A DNA stretch of 63,720 nucleotides, filler included, from Sphacelaria rigidula (GCA_964200075.2; 7 parts of 7 records of this genome joined end to end with filler, not necessarily neighbours in it); one strand, 5' to 3'. Counted from the first letter of the whole stretch, positions 47,748-61,495 are shown. Program-made: numbers and translations. The notes: a model not told the origin generated them from the letters alone.

Positions 47748-50568
47748 ATGCCGGTGTCTGCATTAAAGGAGAGTGACTTGCTGAACAGGAAGGGATCTTT
47801 CTCAGAAGACGGGATCCTCGGACTCAAGGACATGGCTCTGGTGAGCCAAATCCCCGCCCAAATTTGTGCGCAGTGTTGGGGCACGTCGGATTTCATCACT
47901 TTTTTCAACGGCTGCTCATGTTTTCGAAATGTATCCAGTACTGTACAACAAATATCACGTGCACGTGACGGCATCGACACCCACGAATGCCGGCGGTGAA
48001 TACCTGACGGAGAATCCCCCACAACCAAAACACGAGGTTATCGCCATCCCCATCGGCCGAACCCTCGCGCTTCCTATGATTCAGCAAGACTGGCATCATT
48101 TGAAAAGTTTTGAATATTCTTGAAGACAGACCCGACTTGCCCCGCAAATTTCAAAATTCGAGTTCCGTGAAGTAAACGCAGATCAGCTGTGAACCCCCTT
48201 AGACGCAGTCTCTTCTGGTGCGAGGCCTGCCTGGGCTTGATGTCGATCAAGTTCCCGCGGCATATGGGAGCGATCAACTTTCGTTCCTATTCATTTTGAT
48301 GACCGTCGTCACCCGCGTTGATTACCGTAGTCACCCGACTATCGCTACTATGCGCATTGTGTTGATGGATGTTTGGCCCAACCCATGGCACGAGTCGTTA
48401 ATAGTGGCGTCGAATCGGTGGGCACGCACGGGATCACATGTTTTTTTACCACAACATTTGCCATCATGATGGACGCACTGCTACTTGTTTTTCCTCCCTC
48501 GTTACGCACATTACCTTGCGTCACGGTATATGTACACAAACATCTCATCTTACGTGCTTCCCTTTTGGCTCCTTCTGACGACTAACCGCTAGGCCGAAGG
48601 AGAAAACGAGCTCAAGGGATGTAAGAAAGTGACCGACCAGCGGCAAAAAGAGATCGACGGTACCCTCAAGCCCGAGCCTCTCCTGACCGAGAACCCTGGG
48701 CGATTTGTGCTCTTCCCCATCCAGGACACTGAGGTAAGACGACATGGATGACACAGTACAACAGTGACTCGAGCAAGTAGTCACCATGCATTGCGGCAAT
48801 CGACGGTTGATGAGGGAAAGATTCAAAATCTCGACATCTCACGAAAATGAAGAATGAAAAATGAAAAATTGAATCTCGGACAGGTCTGGCAAATGTACAA
48901 GAAAGCCGAGGCGAGCTTCTGGACTGCGGAGGAACTCGACCTCGCCCATGACTACAAGGACTGGGAAGGGCTCACGAAAGATGAGCGTCATTTCGTCAAG
49001 CACGTGCTTGCCTTCTTCGCCGCGAGCGATGGAATTGTAAATGAGGTGCGTTTTATGTGTATTCTTAACTGTGAGCGGATCCAGCCAGTACAATCAAAGA
49101 AGTACAGTGCTGTGTCTTGACTTACTTTCACGATGATGGATGTTTTCATCAGCTCACTAATGCATCGCACGGCACGCCCATCTTCCTTGCAAAACAGAAC
49201 TTGGCGAGCAACTTCAGCAGCGAAATCCAGCTCTCCGAGGCGCGATGTTTCTACGGTTTCCAGATCGCGATCGAGAATATCCACAGTGAGGTGTACAGTC
49301 TACTGATCGATACGTACGTCAAAGACCCAGCGGAGAAGACGCACCTGTTTAACGCTATGGAGACCGTCCCGTGCGTTCGACGAAAAGCGCAATGGGCGCT
49401 TCGGTGGTGCGATCCCGAGATATCGAGTTTCGCGGAACGTGTCGTGGCGTTTGCCGCTGTCGAGGTGAGGCCCAACCGACGTACTCTTCTCCGGGGTTTG
49501 GAATGAGGTCCGTGTATATTTTTGTCGGCCTGAGCAGAGCGTACCGTCGAGGGTGGGGACGGTCAATTCATGAAGCAATGGGCCACTGGAGACCTTGAAA
49601 CTATGGGACACGGGTGTAGCTTGAAGCACGCGCTGGTCTTGGTCCCGGTTCTATTATCAGTATAATCAACCTCCTACATATTCCAGTATATTCGACTTGA
49701 TTAAAAAAATCCCGCCCGGAAGAGTTGGTCATGGGCAAAAGCATCCCGCCCGGAAGGAAAAACGAGCATGCGAATACTGAAAACCTGGTCTGAAGCGAAT
49801 TATGAGGCCATTCTCCTCATCACTGCTACACTCTCAAAACGTTGCAAATTATGTCCTCATTTTACTGTTGCATGGTATGTTGTCTCATGCAGGGTATCTT
49901 CTTTTCCGGAAGCTTCTGCGCCGTCTTCTGGTTGAAGAAGAGGGGACTGATGCCCGGGTTGTGTTTCAGCAACGAGCTGATCAGCCGGGACGAAGGGCTC
50001 CACACTGACTTCGCGTGTCTGCTGTATCGCAAGTTGGTGAACAAATTGCCGGAGAAGCGAGTAATCGAGATCATCGGCGACGCAGTAGACATTGAAAAGG
50101 TGACCACCGTCCTCCCTTGCTCGAGCCCGCACAACTCGGTGAAGAAAACAAACAAGAGCACATACTGGTGAACGGCACACGAAATTCTCTTGCCGTACGG
50201 CTCTAAGAAGAACACTACCATCAGGATTATGTACACGATCAACTTTTTTCTAATTTCATGCCTTTTCTGCTATCCTGCCACGCATGACTCCAATAACGCA
50301 GGAGTTCATCACATCTGCGTTACCTGTGGAGCTCATCGGTATGAACAGTGCGCTCATGCGACAGTACATCGAGTTCTGCGCGGACCGACTCCTGGTCGAG
50401 TTGGGGTGCCCGAAACAGTACAACGTATCGAACCCCTTCGATTGGATGGAGATGATTTCGTTGCAAGGCAAGACCAACTTCTTCGAGAAGCGCGTAGGGG
50501 AGTACAGTAAGTCGGGAGTAGGGGTGGACGCTGCGGACCAAGAGTTTACGCTCGAGGCGGATTTCTAA
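47748..50568 (+). CDS. RRM2: Ribonucleoside-diphosphate reductase small subunit (class Ia R2), complete, 378 aa; exons 47748-47840, 48593-48733, 48884-49045, 49198-49464, 49893-50099, 50302-50568
   Basis: Contains [64 protein letters not shown] (Fe ligands and radical Tyr), [30 protein letters not shown] and the C-terminal FTLEADF. All introns are GT-AG and in frame. The first exon is slightly less certain. Confidence 0.97.
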
Positions 50569-53500
50569 CCTTCGGCTAGATGTTTTGAGGTTGCACGTGA
50601 TTGTATCCGGGTGTCGGTCTTCATTCCAAAGACGCACGAATAGGAGCAGGAGAGATGGTGTAGGGGCGGGTGTTGTGTACATGAACTGGGTGTTTTTACT
50701 AACGTGATGATCCCAACGTGAAGGGGTAAATCGTGTATATGGAAATGAGTAGGGAAGAGTTATTAGTTCCGCGGCAGATACTTGGTAGGGGTGATTGTGC
50801 AGTGTGGATGAGATAAAATCGATCGATTTGGCTCTGTACAGATGACGTTAGAAAAGAACGAAAAGTCAAGAAGAAAATATAAAATGGAGATTGAGAACAT
50901 TTCTACCTCGACATTGGCGTCATACACCCACTGATGCAAGAGAAGTGTACTGGTCTGCACTGGAGTGCGGCGTCCCTGTACATGCGGCAGGCAACGCTGC
51001 ACATGGTGGGCAGCAGTAAAGCCGTCATTTGTGTGTCTCGCCATGACGTCAAGTAGGGGAAACCTGCAGACGTGCTAACGCCGGGGATGGATTTCCTCAT
51101 CTACAGCAGACCCTGGATATTTCCAAACCCTTCGACCCGCTGAGCTACAGTTTTGGGGGGACCATAGCCCACGCCCGCCGTTTTGGTGAATTTCCGTACT
51201 CGGCCATCGCGTGAAAATTGCAGTTCCGCCTCGTGCCACACGAAAAGTTCGATGGAGCGCAGACGTTCTACACTGAGTTGTTTTTCATAACCAACAGTCG
51301 TTCCGACCGCGCAGTGCTGTACCGGACATCTGACTCGGTAAAAGGAAAAGGAGGAAAAAACGGACTCTCGAAAAACGCACATAGACGCGAGACGAGAAGA
51401 ACAAAACAAGCACAAACGAGGCTTGGATGCTGCGCCAAATTTCTGCATTCCCCTGGCCAAAGTTGCACCGGGATTCTCCACCCTGCTCACAACTACTAGG
51501 CATATCACAGTTTTTTTCCATCTTGGAAATATACACTTCTCCAGTATGTAAAAAACGTCAGATCGAGGAAATTCAGTTTTTTCTCTGATCCCTGAAAATT
51601 TGAGCAAAGGGATTGTCCATCCCGAACTTCAGGAATAACTGGATATGGGATCCGATACACTCTCTGCAGTAGCTTGCCTGTAAAACCTTTGATATCTCCG
51701 AGTAGGAGATTGATCTGTAGCTCTGAGCGACACTGATACAGGCAAAAGAAAGCAATACAAAAATTTGGTGAAGTTAGCGCGAATAATGACACCCACTCTC
51801 AATCAACGCTAGACTCTAGACTCTAAATGAGAAAACTATTGGCCCAGATTTTCGAGCAGATGGGCACCTTCCCCTTGATCTAACAATCAATATGATACGC
51901 GGATCACGGCCCTGCTCGTCTGTGTCGATGAGATATTGCTTTGAGAGCTTGAAACCGTTTTTAGGCTGGCCCAGCTCGTACGAGGGACTGAACGAAATTG
52001 AGAATGGATCGGTTTTGAGTGTGGTGGGAGCGTGCGGTGCCTCGATTTTGAATGCTCAACGCCGTTCCAACGCATGTTCAAAATTTATTATCCCATTCTC
52101 GTGGGCGACATTCTCCCTTCAATTTTGCCACGGCGGGGTCCGGAGGGGCCAAAGCGCCACCGCTACTCTGGGTGCTCGGTGCTTGGTGTCCAGGGTTGCA
52201 GGGAGCCGATATGGGAAAAGGGGACAGATGAGCTAGATCATGATCCGGATCACTTCACAGAAAGCAGTGTGTCCTATTTCCAAGCCGTTCAGCACGGATA
52301 TACCGGACTCGCAAAAGGCATGCTTCGCTTTTTGAAGCACGTGTAGGGTGTTTTCCTCGACTTGAACGGAGGCGTACATCATCACGCCATCCTCCATGAT
52401 TCTTGAAACGGCACCTTACCGTGACAAAGAAGAAAAATATACGCCCCCATGGAGCAATATGTTATGTCCGCCCCCCATGGAGCTGTGCTCCGTATCCCAA
52501 CTCGGAGCCCCGGCAATGTCAACGTATCTCAGAATTAACCGCGAGAGTTCAATAACTCGCAGTCCCACTCCATCGCACCTTAACTGATCCAGTGTTCCAG
52601 CCGTGGTCACATGAGAGACATACCCGAGAGACAAAACAAAACTGGAACACTTGCTGAAGAGAACAGCAAAAAGGGTAGAATAGGCGGAATATAGTATCAA
52701 GAAGATGATTGAAACAAAGACAAGACAAAAAAATGGGGGGGGGGGGGAAAAAAAAACCAAAAAAAAAAAAAAAGAGAGAAATTTAAACATAAACCGGCGA
52801 AACCCCCCCCCCCCCCCCCACCAGANNNNNNNNNNAGAGAAGAACAAAAAAAAGAAAGAAAAAAAAAAAAAAGAAAAAGAAGAGGGGGGGGGGGGGGGGT
52901 GAAAAAGAAAAAAAAAAAAAAAACTGTGCGCGATTTTTGCGTTTCTCGGATGAAAATCAGCACGTACTGCCAACTGAGAGGCACTTTGAAGCAAAAAAAA
53001 ATCAGCATGTCCGCTGAAGAAATAAAAACATGAAAACGAAAACGGCCTACCCCCCCACCTCCGACCTCGGCTGTCTGTCGTCTAAAGACCTAGGCTTGAG
53101 TCATGAACCTCCAGCCCTGTATGTACCCTTTTGAAGAAAAGACGGTAACTCGTCATTTTTTTTCGTGTTTCAACAGCCCCCTTTCCTCCGCACCCCCCTA
53201 CCTACAAGCACAACCTCCTGCTCACGCAAGGGTCTCCCCTTGTGTTCCAGGCAACTCGAAGATCTTGATGGTTTTGAACCAGCGACAGTAACCATAGAAT
53301 ATCGACAAGCACGAGAAAGACGACCAACCCGCTGTGTTCCATAGAGTATGACTTTTGGGCTCCGCCAATTGCGCCCTGAGGAGCGCGGCGGCCTGGACAG
53401 TTGGGCAGATGACAGAGGAAGGCGGAGGGGGCAGGGGGGGCAGGGGGGGCAGGGGGGGGGGGGGGGGGACGTCTTTGTTGGGTTGGCGCGGTGGTTGGAA

Positions 53501-53762
53501 AAACCCCCCCGCTTCCCTCGCGGGGCGGGGGGGGGGGGGGGGGTGGGCGTACTCATTCGTTGCTTGCCTCAGTTGTTTGACAACAACCCACGCATTCCTT
53601 GCGAGACGGAGCGCGAGGGCGGAGGGTGTGTGTGTGTGTGTGTGTACAACATGGCGCAGCTGCACATGAGTAGCCAGAACATGAACAATCTCCAAGGTAT
53701 CATTGCGGAATGTTCAGGTGTCGAAATTTCAGACCTCGGTTGATTGACTAACAGCAACAAAT

Positions 53763-53793
<31 letters not shown>

Positions 53794-53798
53794 CTTGA

Positions 53799-53958
53799 TC
53801 CTTTTAGGACCGGACTCCTACTAGATAGTAGTGAACCCCTGGGTTGCGCGCAGGGGCCATTGGTGAGTCGGCATCATTTTCAGACGTTTTCAAGTGAAAA
53901 TGACGCCGATCCACAAACGGCTCTCTCCTCCGGTTAGTCCACTCCGGCCAAAGAAGGG
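53799..53958. mobile_element. 160-bp piggyBac-like MITE
   Basis: ttga|TCCTTTT...AAGGG|tcaa with core gtgagtcggcatcatttt...aaaatgacgccgatccac. Homolog of 30541-30700. Confidence 0.65.
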
Positions 53959-54604
53959 TCAAGGGGTGAGATTACGAGAGCAAAATGAGTTGCGGTATGC
54001 TCAGATATCACACTAATGTCCGGCCTCCGGTCGACTATCGGCAACATGTGTATGATCAAGGGGTGAGATGGCGAGAGCAAAATACCACGATAAATGTGAA
54101 GGTGAACTTGGAAGCGAATTTTTTTTTCACTTCATGAACCGTGCATCGGGAGCCATTCTTGCAAGCAAGAATATCAGCAACCGCGGCTTGCATCTAAAAC
54201 TGTGCTTCAAAATCTCCTCCGCTCCAAAAGGCCATGGTTGGGCGTCAGCCGTCGACAAAGGAATCGTATCGACCAATCAGGTTTTCATCACTTTTTATCC
54301 GCCAATCGGAGAACTGTCCGCCACTCTATTTTCTCCTCTCCTTTGCCTTGTACCCCAATCATGCCGTCGTCATCGAGAGAAGGGTACACACTACCGGAAG
54401 GCAGATGAACGAAAATGCTCACCACAGTAAAGGAATGTGGAGAAGAAAGAGGAAAACGTGGGAAAAGGGTGGGGGGAAGAGGACAACAGTAAATAACTCA
54501 GCTGCGAAAAAAAAAAAGGAGAGGAAGGGAAGATAAAGGAAGGAGGAAAAAAAAGAAAAAAAAAAAAACAGGGGGAGCGAAAAGGGCAACGGATATGATA
54601 AATG

Positions 54605-54704
54605 NNNNNNNNNNNNNNNNNNNNNNNNNNNNNNNNNNNNNNNNNNNNTTAATTAATTAANNNNNNNNNNNNNNNNNNNNNNNNNNNNNNNNNNNNNNNN
54701 NNNN
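54605..54704. other. Artificial contig linker
   Basis: N44-TTAATTAATTAA-N44. Confidence 0.97.
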
Positions 54705-55245
54705 GGCGTGTTTTACAGCGTCATCGCCAAGCGACGCCAACCCCATCGGGGGTCCGCTCCTACAAAGCCGGGACGGAGCACGCCGGGTTCTCGCCGGACC
54801 AGGCTAGACGGAGCAGGGGGAGGGGGGGCGTACTTATTTGTTGCTTGCCTTAGTCGTTCGACCATTGACCACGCATCCCTTTCGAGACGGAGCACCGGGG
54901 GGGGGGAGGCTATTTATCTTTTCTTTTCTTGACGTCTGCCTGCCTGTCTCTCATTGTTTTTTTTGGTGTTATTCTGTCTGTTTTTTTCGTAGTCTAAAAA
55001 AACACAATGAGAGCTCCATCTCTTTCAAGGAACAGCAGGGACGTTATTGGAAAGACGAGCCTACGTCTGCCGAAATACTACTAATAATAATCATATTATG
55101 GATTTGGGTAGGCGAGCTGGAGGTGGACCCATAGGTACGGGTGTATTTTCATAGTAAAAACACTAATTTCAAGTAATTTCATTCAAAATTTCGACTAGTC
55201 CATCCACGTTTCATGGCACATTTCATAGTACAAACTTGATTTTCG

Positions 55246-56422
55246 TAGGGTTGTGAACTGGACCAGTTGGTACTGACAATTAGACTGGAACTGGAGTTTA
55301 ACTGGAACTAGTGATGAGGCTCCAGTTTATCCAGTTTTTTCAAGTATGCTGTTACCGGCTATTTTATACCAATTTTAGTATGGTGGTTTTATAACAAAGA
55401 TACTTACACTATTACAAACAAAATGGCAGTAGAATTGGGGCCTGCACCTGACAGCAGTACAAGTACAGACAGTACTCGTGGTACGAGCTGGGCCAGCCTA
55501 GGAGCGGATTTGGCGTTTGCAGGCCCATTGGTAATGTAGTATTTAGAGTTGGACCCCAAAATTTGGTATGGACAATCAATAGGGCATAATAAAAGATAAT
55601 ATGCATAGACCCAGAGATTGTTTTTACTTCATGATTCAACAACATTTCACTGAAACCCGAAAATTGATTACCGCCGTTAACTCATGAAAAAAAAAGTATG
55701 TGATCCACGCACTTTTTTTATTATGCCCTATCGATTGTCGATACAAAATTTTAGGGTTCCACTCTAAATATCAAAATGCGAATGGGCCGTTTCAAAACCG
55801 GATTGTTAAAAAATCGGAAAAATATTTTGCAGGCCATTTATCGGCCCACGTTTGGTGTTTGTGTATTGAAATTTTGTGTGAGAAAAGTGGGTCGGGTTGT
55901 TTTTTTGTTTTTTTGACTGGTTCAAGACGTTTTAGTATGGCAACGACCATTTTTTTACGAGAGCGCCCAAACCTCTCTCCCCCCCCCCTGAAAAATCAAG
56001 GCCCAAATTGTTTTTATTCAGCATACCTTATCCCCGCGTGCTGCCAGCCTTGGCTTATTTGCATCCTCCTCTCCTCACAGATGGCCCGCTGCTGCATATT
56101 ACAGATGAATGCTTTTCAAATCGCTCACGGCTTTGAATGAGACTTGAATTCATCCAAGACTTTTGGCTCGTCAATGTGGAGGGTCACATTTTCTACAATG
56201 ATCAACATTTTTGAAGAAAAAAGAAGCAAGATGACGCAATTTTCCCGCCTCTGGCGACGCTCCCGCGGGTCCCCCTCACCAGCCGAGGGGGGGACAGTTT
56301 GCTGCCGCCAATGTTTTTCCAGTTAATCGGCAAAGCCGATTAACTGGAAAAACATGGATGAGCTGGTCGCTAACGCGGACAGGTTAAACTTAACTGGCCA
56401 GGGCAGCCAGTTCACAGCCCTA
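55246..56422 (-). mobile_element. Non-autonomous hAT element, second copy
   Basis: TIRs TAGGGTTGTGAACTGG / CCAGTTCACAGCCCTA. Flanks gattttcg/gatttcag (6/8 match). The ends are homologous to 13023-14387 in reverse orientation. Confidence 0.85.
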
Positions 56423-56558
56423 GATTTCAGTATAGGTTCCGTCACACATGGTTTTGCCGGTCTTCTGGTGCCCGTCGCCGCAGTACAGCACCGTGCGGAG
56501 GCAGGATGATATCCAAGACGACAGCGATCTCACAAGCGGTGCTCTGTTTATTGGTATA

Positions 56559-57948
56559 CAGTAGTTGTCTCGATATAGTGCCTGGTGAATAGTGCCGGGG
56601 TCCCGTTATAGGGCCGGTAAATTCTGCTGGGCCGGACTGAGCCCGGTATAGTGCCAGTACCGGCACTATATCGGGAGATCCTTATATGGTGCCGATTTGG
56701 GGTGCTTAGTCGAGTGAATAGTGCCGGTTTCCACATAAAAAGACTCCCCAACGAACACTAATAACGCACAGCTACAGACGTGGGCACACAGACAAACGCC
56801 TCTACCCCTACCAGCGATACCCCTACAGCAGTACCAGTCCACCAGTAGGAGCGCGCGATGCCATGTGCAGTGAGAAAAGACTGCAAGTTACCAGGCCTCA
56901 CCCCAGGACCCTCGACGGGTCATGGATGCCGTGGAGGGTGCGGTGGTCGGTTGCATGGCATTTGTGGTTCACTGGAAGAGGAGGGTGCCAATAAAGAGCG
57001 GCAATGCAGACGCCCCTTTCCATCTGCAAAAAGCAAAGATGGCGATGATCGAAGCGTATGCATCGCAGCCAGCCCAGCAGACAGACTTGAGAGCTTTTTG
57101 TGAGAGGGTCTGATTTGCAGGGGGATGCTGAGGATTTTGTGGAGCACAGATTTTCGCGGTTCGGTTCCGCAGCAGTAGCGGTGCGTGCTCTTGGATGCTC
57201 TTGCTTCAGAAGCAGCAACAGGTTTTATTTCAAGAGTAGGTGGTCGAGTTTGTCGTTTTTCTGTAGAATCCATCCGCAACCAAACCTTCGTGTGGGTGGG
57301 ATGCGCAGACTTTGTTTTCGTGCAGTGACAGCAACAGCACATGCGAGCGAGCGGTTTACGCGTGAACATATGTATTTTCTGTTGAGGGTGTGGTTCGTGA
57401 AGCCAACCGATGTAGGCTGGGTACGTTCTGCAGTGACGTGAGAATGTCAACAAGAGGATTTCGTTGTTTTGTTGAGTTTTGTCGAACTTATTTTTTTTCT
57501 CTCGATGCGTGCTCGATATCTTCTTCAGCTGCACCACCGAATGATTGTGCGAGTCAAGTGCAGGCGCTGGGTAGAAGGGTGGCCCGAACAACAACCATGG
57601 TCTTCAGAACACTGTACTGTACAACAAGACAAGGCCAACCGGATCGAACCAAAAAGTTTCGTGAGTCGTACGCATGCCGCGATCCTAACGAACATACACG
57701 CGTCTGATGTTCTACGGCATCATCCTAACCAAACCTGCTGCTCATGTGGTGCCTTTGGGTGAAGATGGCCCATTCTTTACGCGTGTATGCACTCTACAAC
57801 TCATTTTTTTCGTGTATAGTGCCGATACCGGCACTGTAGAGGAATCCAGGCCTATACAGGGCCGCTAGTGGCACTATATAGGGCAAAAACTGTATAGTGC
57901 CGGTGAATCCGTCTGGGCCATACCGGCACTATATCGGGACTACTACTG
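56559..57948. mobile_element. 1.39-kb non-autonomous DNA transposon with pogo/Tc1-like termini
   Basis: TA|CAGTAGTTGTCTCGATATAGTGCC...GGCACTATATCGGGACTACTACTG|TA, with many subterminal ATAGTGCCGG repeats at both ends. Confidence 0.85.
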
Positions 57949-60179
57949 TACGGGGTAATGTACCCAAAGTTCGCTATGAGTGTCGCCGTGCCCGCGGTAT
58001 GGCTGCGGTGGCCGGGGTTGGCGTTGCAGTTTCCATTTGCGCTTAGCTTGATGCTGCATCCTGCACGGCCTTGGATACGGGGCATTTAAGATGGCTCCAT
58101 CGTCGTCGTTGTGTGGTGTTCCATGTTGCTCGGACGGAACATAACCCGAGAATAATATTCCACACGCATCAATACCGTTGGCTCCCTTTTGTAGGCTGTC
58201 GTGCTGTTGTTCTGGATGGCTCGCGTTGACTGGTACCGTACAGACATGGATGACAAGCAAGCACGGTGCCAACTGTCTGGCCAGCGCTGGCGAATCTTCT
58301 TGCGATACAGATACAGTCGGTATCGCGACAGAAAGTTGTTTCGGTACAACGCTGAAGACAGCCAAGCACTCTACACACGGGACATCAGACAGCTGTTTCT
58401 GACGCAACAATATATCTCTGTTGTGTATACGATCCCGTGTGCTATAACGCTGCTTCCTTTCGAAGGTGTACGCTTCGCTTGCTTTGACTTGGTGCCATCT
58501 CGGTGTGTATCAAAATATTATCGATGCTGGCTGCACATTTTTTTCCCAGCTCCCCTCCTGCTTTTGTCCTGGGTTATAGCAAGCCAACGGACGGAATTGA
58601 AGTCCAGAATAGGCCCGGACAACGAACAACCGAACAGTGCAATCTTGTTGACCTCTCTGCGGTAGATAGGGTTTGAGTAACACACGTATCCAGCGAAAAT
58701 CCTGACAAGTATCGTAAAAAACGACGATAAAAACGATTATTTCAGTTTAATTAGTTCATGACGACCTGCACCTATGGACTCGGTGCCGCCGGGCTGGCTT
58801 GTGGAGAACCCCCCGTCATTTCATGCATGCACGTGTACGAAGTATGGTTGCAAAAGCAATGCACAGAGTACGTGGTTCGTTCTGTTTTGCGCGTGTGCCT
58901 CGACAAGAACTCCAACCGCTTCCGGTTGATTCTGTTATTGGTTTGATTTGAATTTGAATTTCAAAATCAATTTCAAGTAAATTTGAATGCGTTTTTTTTT
59001 TCGTCGAGGACTGGATATTCAGAAACAACAAATAAGTTTTTTTCTTCCTTCGGGTACGTACGCACACGTCGTCTATCTTGCGAACGTGGCTATTTTGTTT
59101 TCTTCTGGAATCAAGATCAGCTGACGCGAGGCAATCAATCGACCAATCAATCAACCGACCTATCGAACATTCAGTGACTGATTTCCAACTGATAACGATC
59201 ACGTTGATCGCTGATGCTAACTGTAGGTGCTGGTGTGGTCTCCGACATCGGGAAAGCTGTCGTCTCGAAGGCGCTCTCATGGGAAGGGAAAGGGGGTCGA
59301 AAACTTCTCCGTTGTTTTTCTTCTTCCTTCGTCAGCTGCTTGTGCTGTACTACTGTACTGTCCCGATAACGTTTTGCATATTTCTACCAACACAACAGCA
59401 CTCTAAGGTGTGACTATGAATCGTGAACTTCTCGCACGACGTCTTGAGACGAAAATAAGCATCATCACCTGAAACCCGTCTCCTCCACGACGCGACTGTG
59501 GTTTTTTTGTCATGACCCTGGTTTGCCGTTACACTACTCTCGTACCTACCCGAACATCAGCGATACCCCTTGATCGTGTATCCAGGGTATCGTGTGTATG
59601 AACGTGAAGGTTTCACATGCCGTCGTCTCGAGTAGTGAAGATGAGATCGTGATCTTGTGTCAGTAGTAAGGGTTCTCAAAGGTAGTGCCAGCCGAGTTCT
59701 TTTTTTTATTTCAGGTACAATTTTTAACCTTTGAAGCCTTGGACAGCGACCCCCCCGTAGGTGGACTGTCATGGACTATACCACATTTGGGGTTCACAAC
59801 GGATCTTCTCTCGCTACACAAAGCGCCCTTCTTCATGAAGATGTGGATTTTGGGCATTTAAATATAAAATAGTCCCCGAGAACCCCTGATCGATTTTGAC
59901 CCTGCTGTCGATCGCGTGTATAGTCAGTACTGTATGTCCTCGCTGAATACAACGGCGAGAGAGAGGCAGCGTCCCATCGCTCTCCACTGAACACAGTCTA
60001 CTGCATGCTGCTGATGTCTTTGCTTAGTGTTCCAAAACAGCAATACAGACACATCAGGGGTCAGGCAGCCGTCAAAGACCACGAGCAGAGTGCGAAACAA
60101 GTTGCTTGTGTCGATGTTATCTATGGTTGAGTTGCGGTGACCAAAATGAGAAGTGCGGCTAGACAGCGAAGTAGTTCAC

Positions 60180-60601
60180 CTGTAGTCCACCTGAAGGGAA
60201 ACAAAGTGACCATTTTGATAGCCGTCATTGGTCAGAATCATCACTGCGCTCCTCTCGGGTCTCGTTCCTGGCACATAACTTTCTGTGAGAAGCTTCCCCA
60301 CACACATGGTTGATTTGTTGAGCCTTTCGACTATTCTGCGAACAGGCCCCCACCCCCCTGTCAACCTCTCCCCGCCCCCTGGAAACCCCCAAATGTCCCC
60401 GGACTCTCCGCCTGTGAAACTGTTCCGAGGCAACTCTCGTTGTCTAAGGGTCAAACTCCTGTGGCCTGCCGCGAGAGACCTTACAGTACCGTTGAGGATG
60501 ACGATATATAATAGACGAGGAGCACCTAGCGGAATGTCCGGGTGTGCTATAGAACAGAGATTTCTCGTCGTTTGTGTTTCGGCCAACAGTATCGCAGCAG
60601 G
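60180..60601 (-). CDS. Putative internal exon of an unidentified protein
   Basis: tag|CCT acceptor, then a 140-codon open frame PAAILLAETQTTRNLCSIAHPDIPLGAPRLLYIVILNGTVRSL...GDIWGFPGGGERLTGGWGPV...NGHFVSLQVDY, ending at an ag|gtgaac donor. The composition is protein-like. Confidence 0.5.
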
Positions 60602-60719
60602 CTAGCACGGTCGAGAGGGCGGGTTGAGAGTTTTGTAGGCCGTGTCTGCCTCGGGCTCTGCGGCCAATGACCACGGATGGGCGCAGGGTTTTGTGGAAAG
60701 GATAGGCTCACCACTGTTT

Positions 60720-60957
60720 TTCTCTTCTTGTCTCTGTTCAGTTTTGTTCTTTCCTTCTTTTTTTTGTTTCTTCTTATACTTTGACTCTGTTCGTCTTATG
60801 TACTTTTTTCTATTTTCTTCACTTCTCGTCAGCGAGTGTTTCCGTTTTGTTTTATATCTCGGGTACGTCCAGCATTTGGAAAATGACCGCGGTATGGATC
60901 ATGACTCCTGAGGGATGAGTTGAGGTGCGACAATCAATCGGTCAACCGAATCAATCA
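60720..60957 (+). mobile_element. (CAAT)n-tailed retroposon 3' end
   Basis: T-rich body, then cgggtacgtc...atgaccgcggtatggatcatgactcctgaggg...gtgcgacaatcaatc. Homologous to 41300-41520. Confidence 0.6.
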
Positions 60958-61022
60958 GCACTGAGGTTTCATGCGTGTTCCTTGTGTAAGTGTCAACGTG
61001 TGTGTGTGCGTTCATCCGTTGT

Positions 61023-61063
<41 letters not shown>

Positions 61064-61159
61064 GGGCGATCACTGCTGCTGTACTCCCCGTAATGTGTAA
61101 AATTGTGGGACGGCGGTGCAGCTAGCTTGGTGGCCCTTGCTTATGCACCAATGTTTGGT

Positions 61160-61495
61160 CGCATCTCCCCGGTGGTGTAAATTCAGATGGTGCGACTGTC
61201 ACCATTAGGGTGGAGAGAACGTGGGTTCGACTCCCGATGCGCTGGTTTTTGTTTTCGGAGTATCTGATTTCCACAGTTGATGGCGTTAGTACGCGAGTAA
61301 AAAAGAAAGTTGACTGAGTTTGTTTGACGACAGTTGATGCTGTGCGAGAGTGGTGACGGTCATGATCCAATACCGGCGAGGCCAAAATACATTGCATGAA
61401 TTGTACCGCGAAAGAGAAGGGTTGCTTCCCTTGAGACCACGGACTCGTCCCGAGGAAGTGAACAGAGGGGTTCAATGTGCGATAAATAAGATGAG
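61160..61495 (+). mobile_element. tRNA-derived SINE family A, copy 2
   Basis: ccccggTGGTGTAA...gtggGTTCGACTCCc (clear B-box) and core cccttGAGACCACGGACTCGTCCCGAGGAAG. Confidence 0.8.

Noticed and set aside
47748..50568. Endogenous giant-virus (phaeovirus-type) origin of the RNR gene
   Set aside because: It has five spliceosomal introns, a eukaryotic N-terminal extension and an FTLEADF tail, and no viral genes are nearby.
58195..58665. 154-aa plus-strand ORF after a tag acceptor
   Set aside because: It has no recognisable motif or clear donor, and overlapping ORFs on both strands are equally plausible.
61165..61245. Possible tRNA genes (also at 4295-4368 and 11790-11865)
   Set aside because: A/B boxes are present, but there is no consistent cloverleaf, and each head continues into a repeated SINE body.
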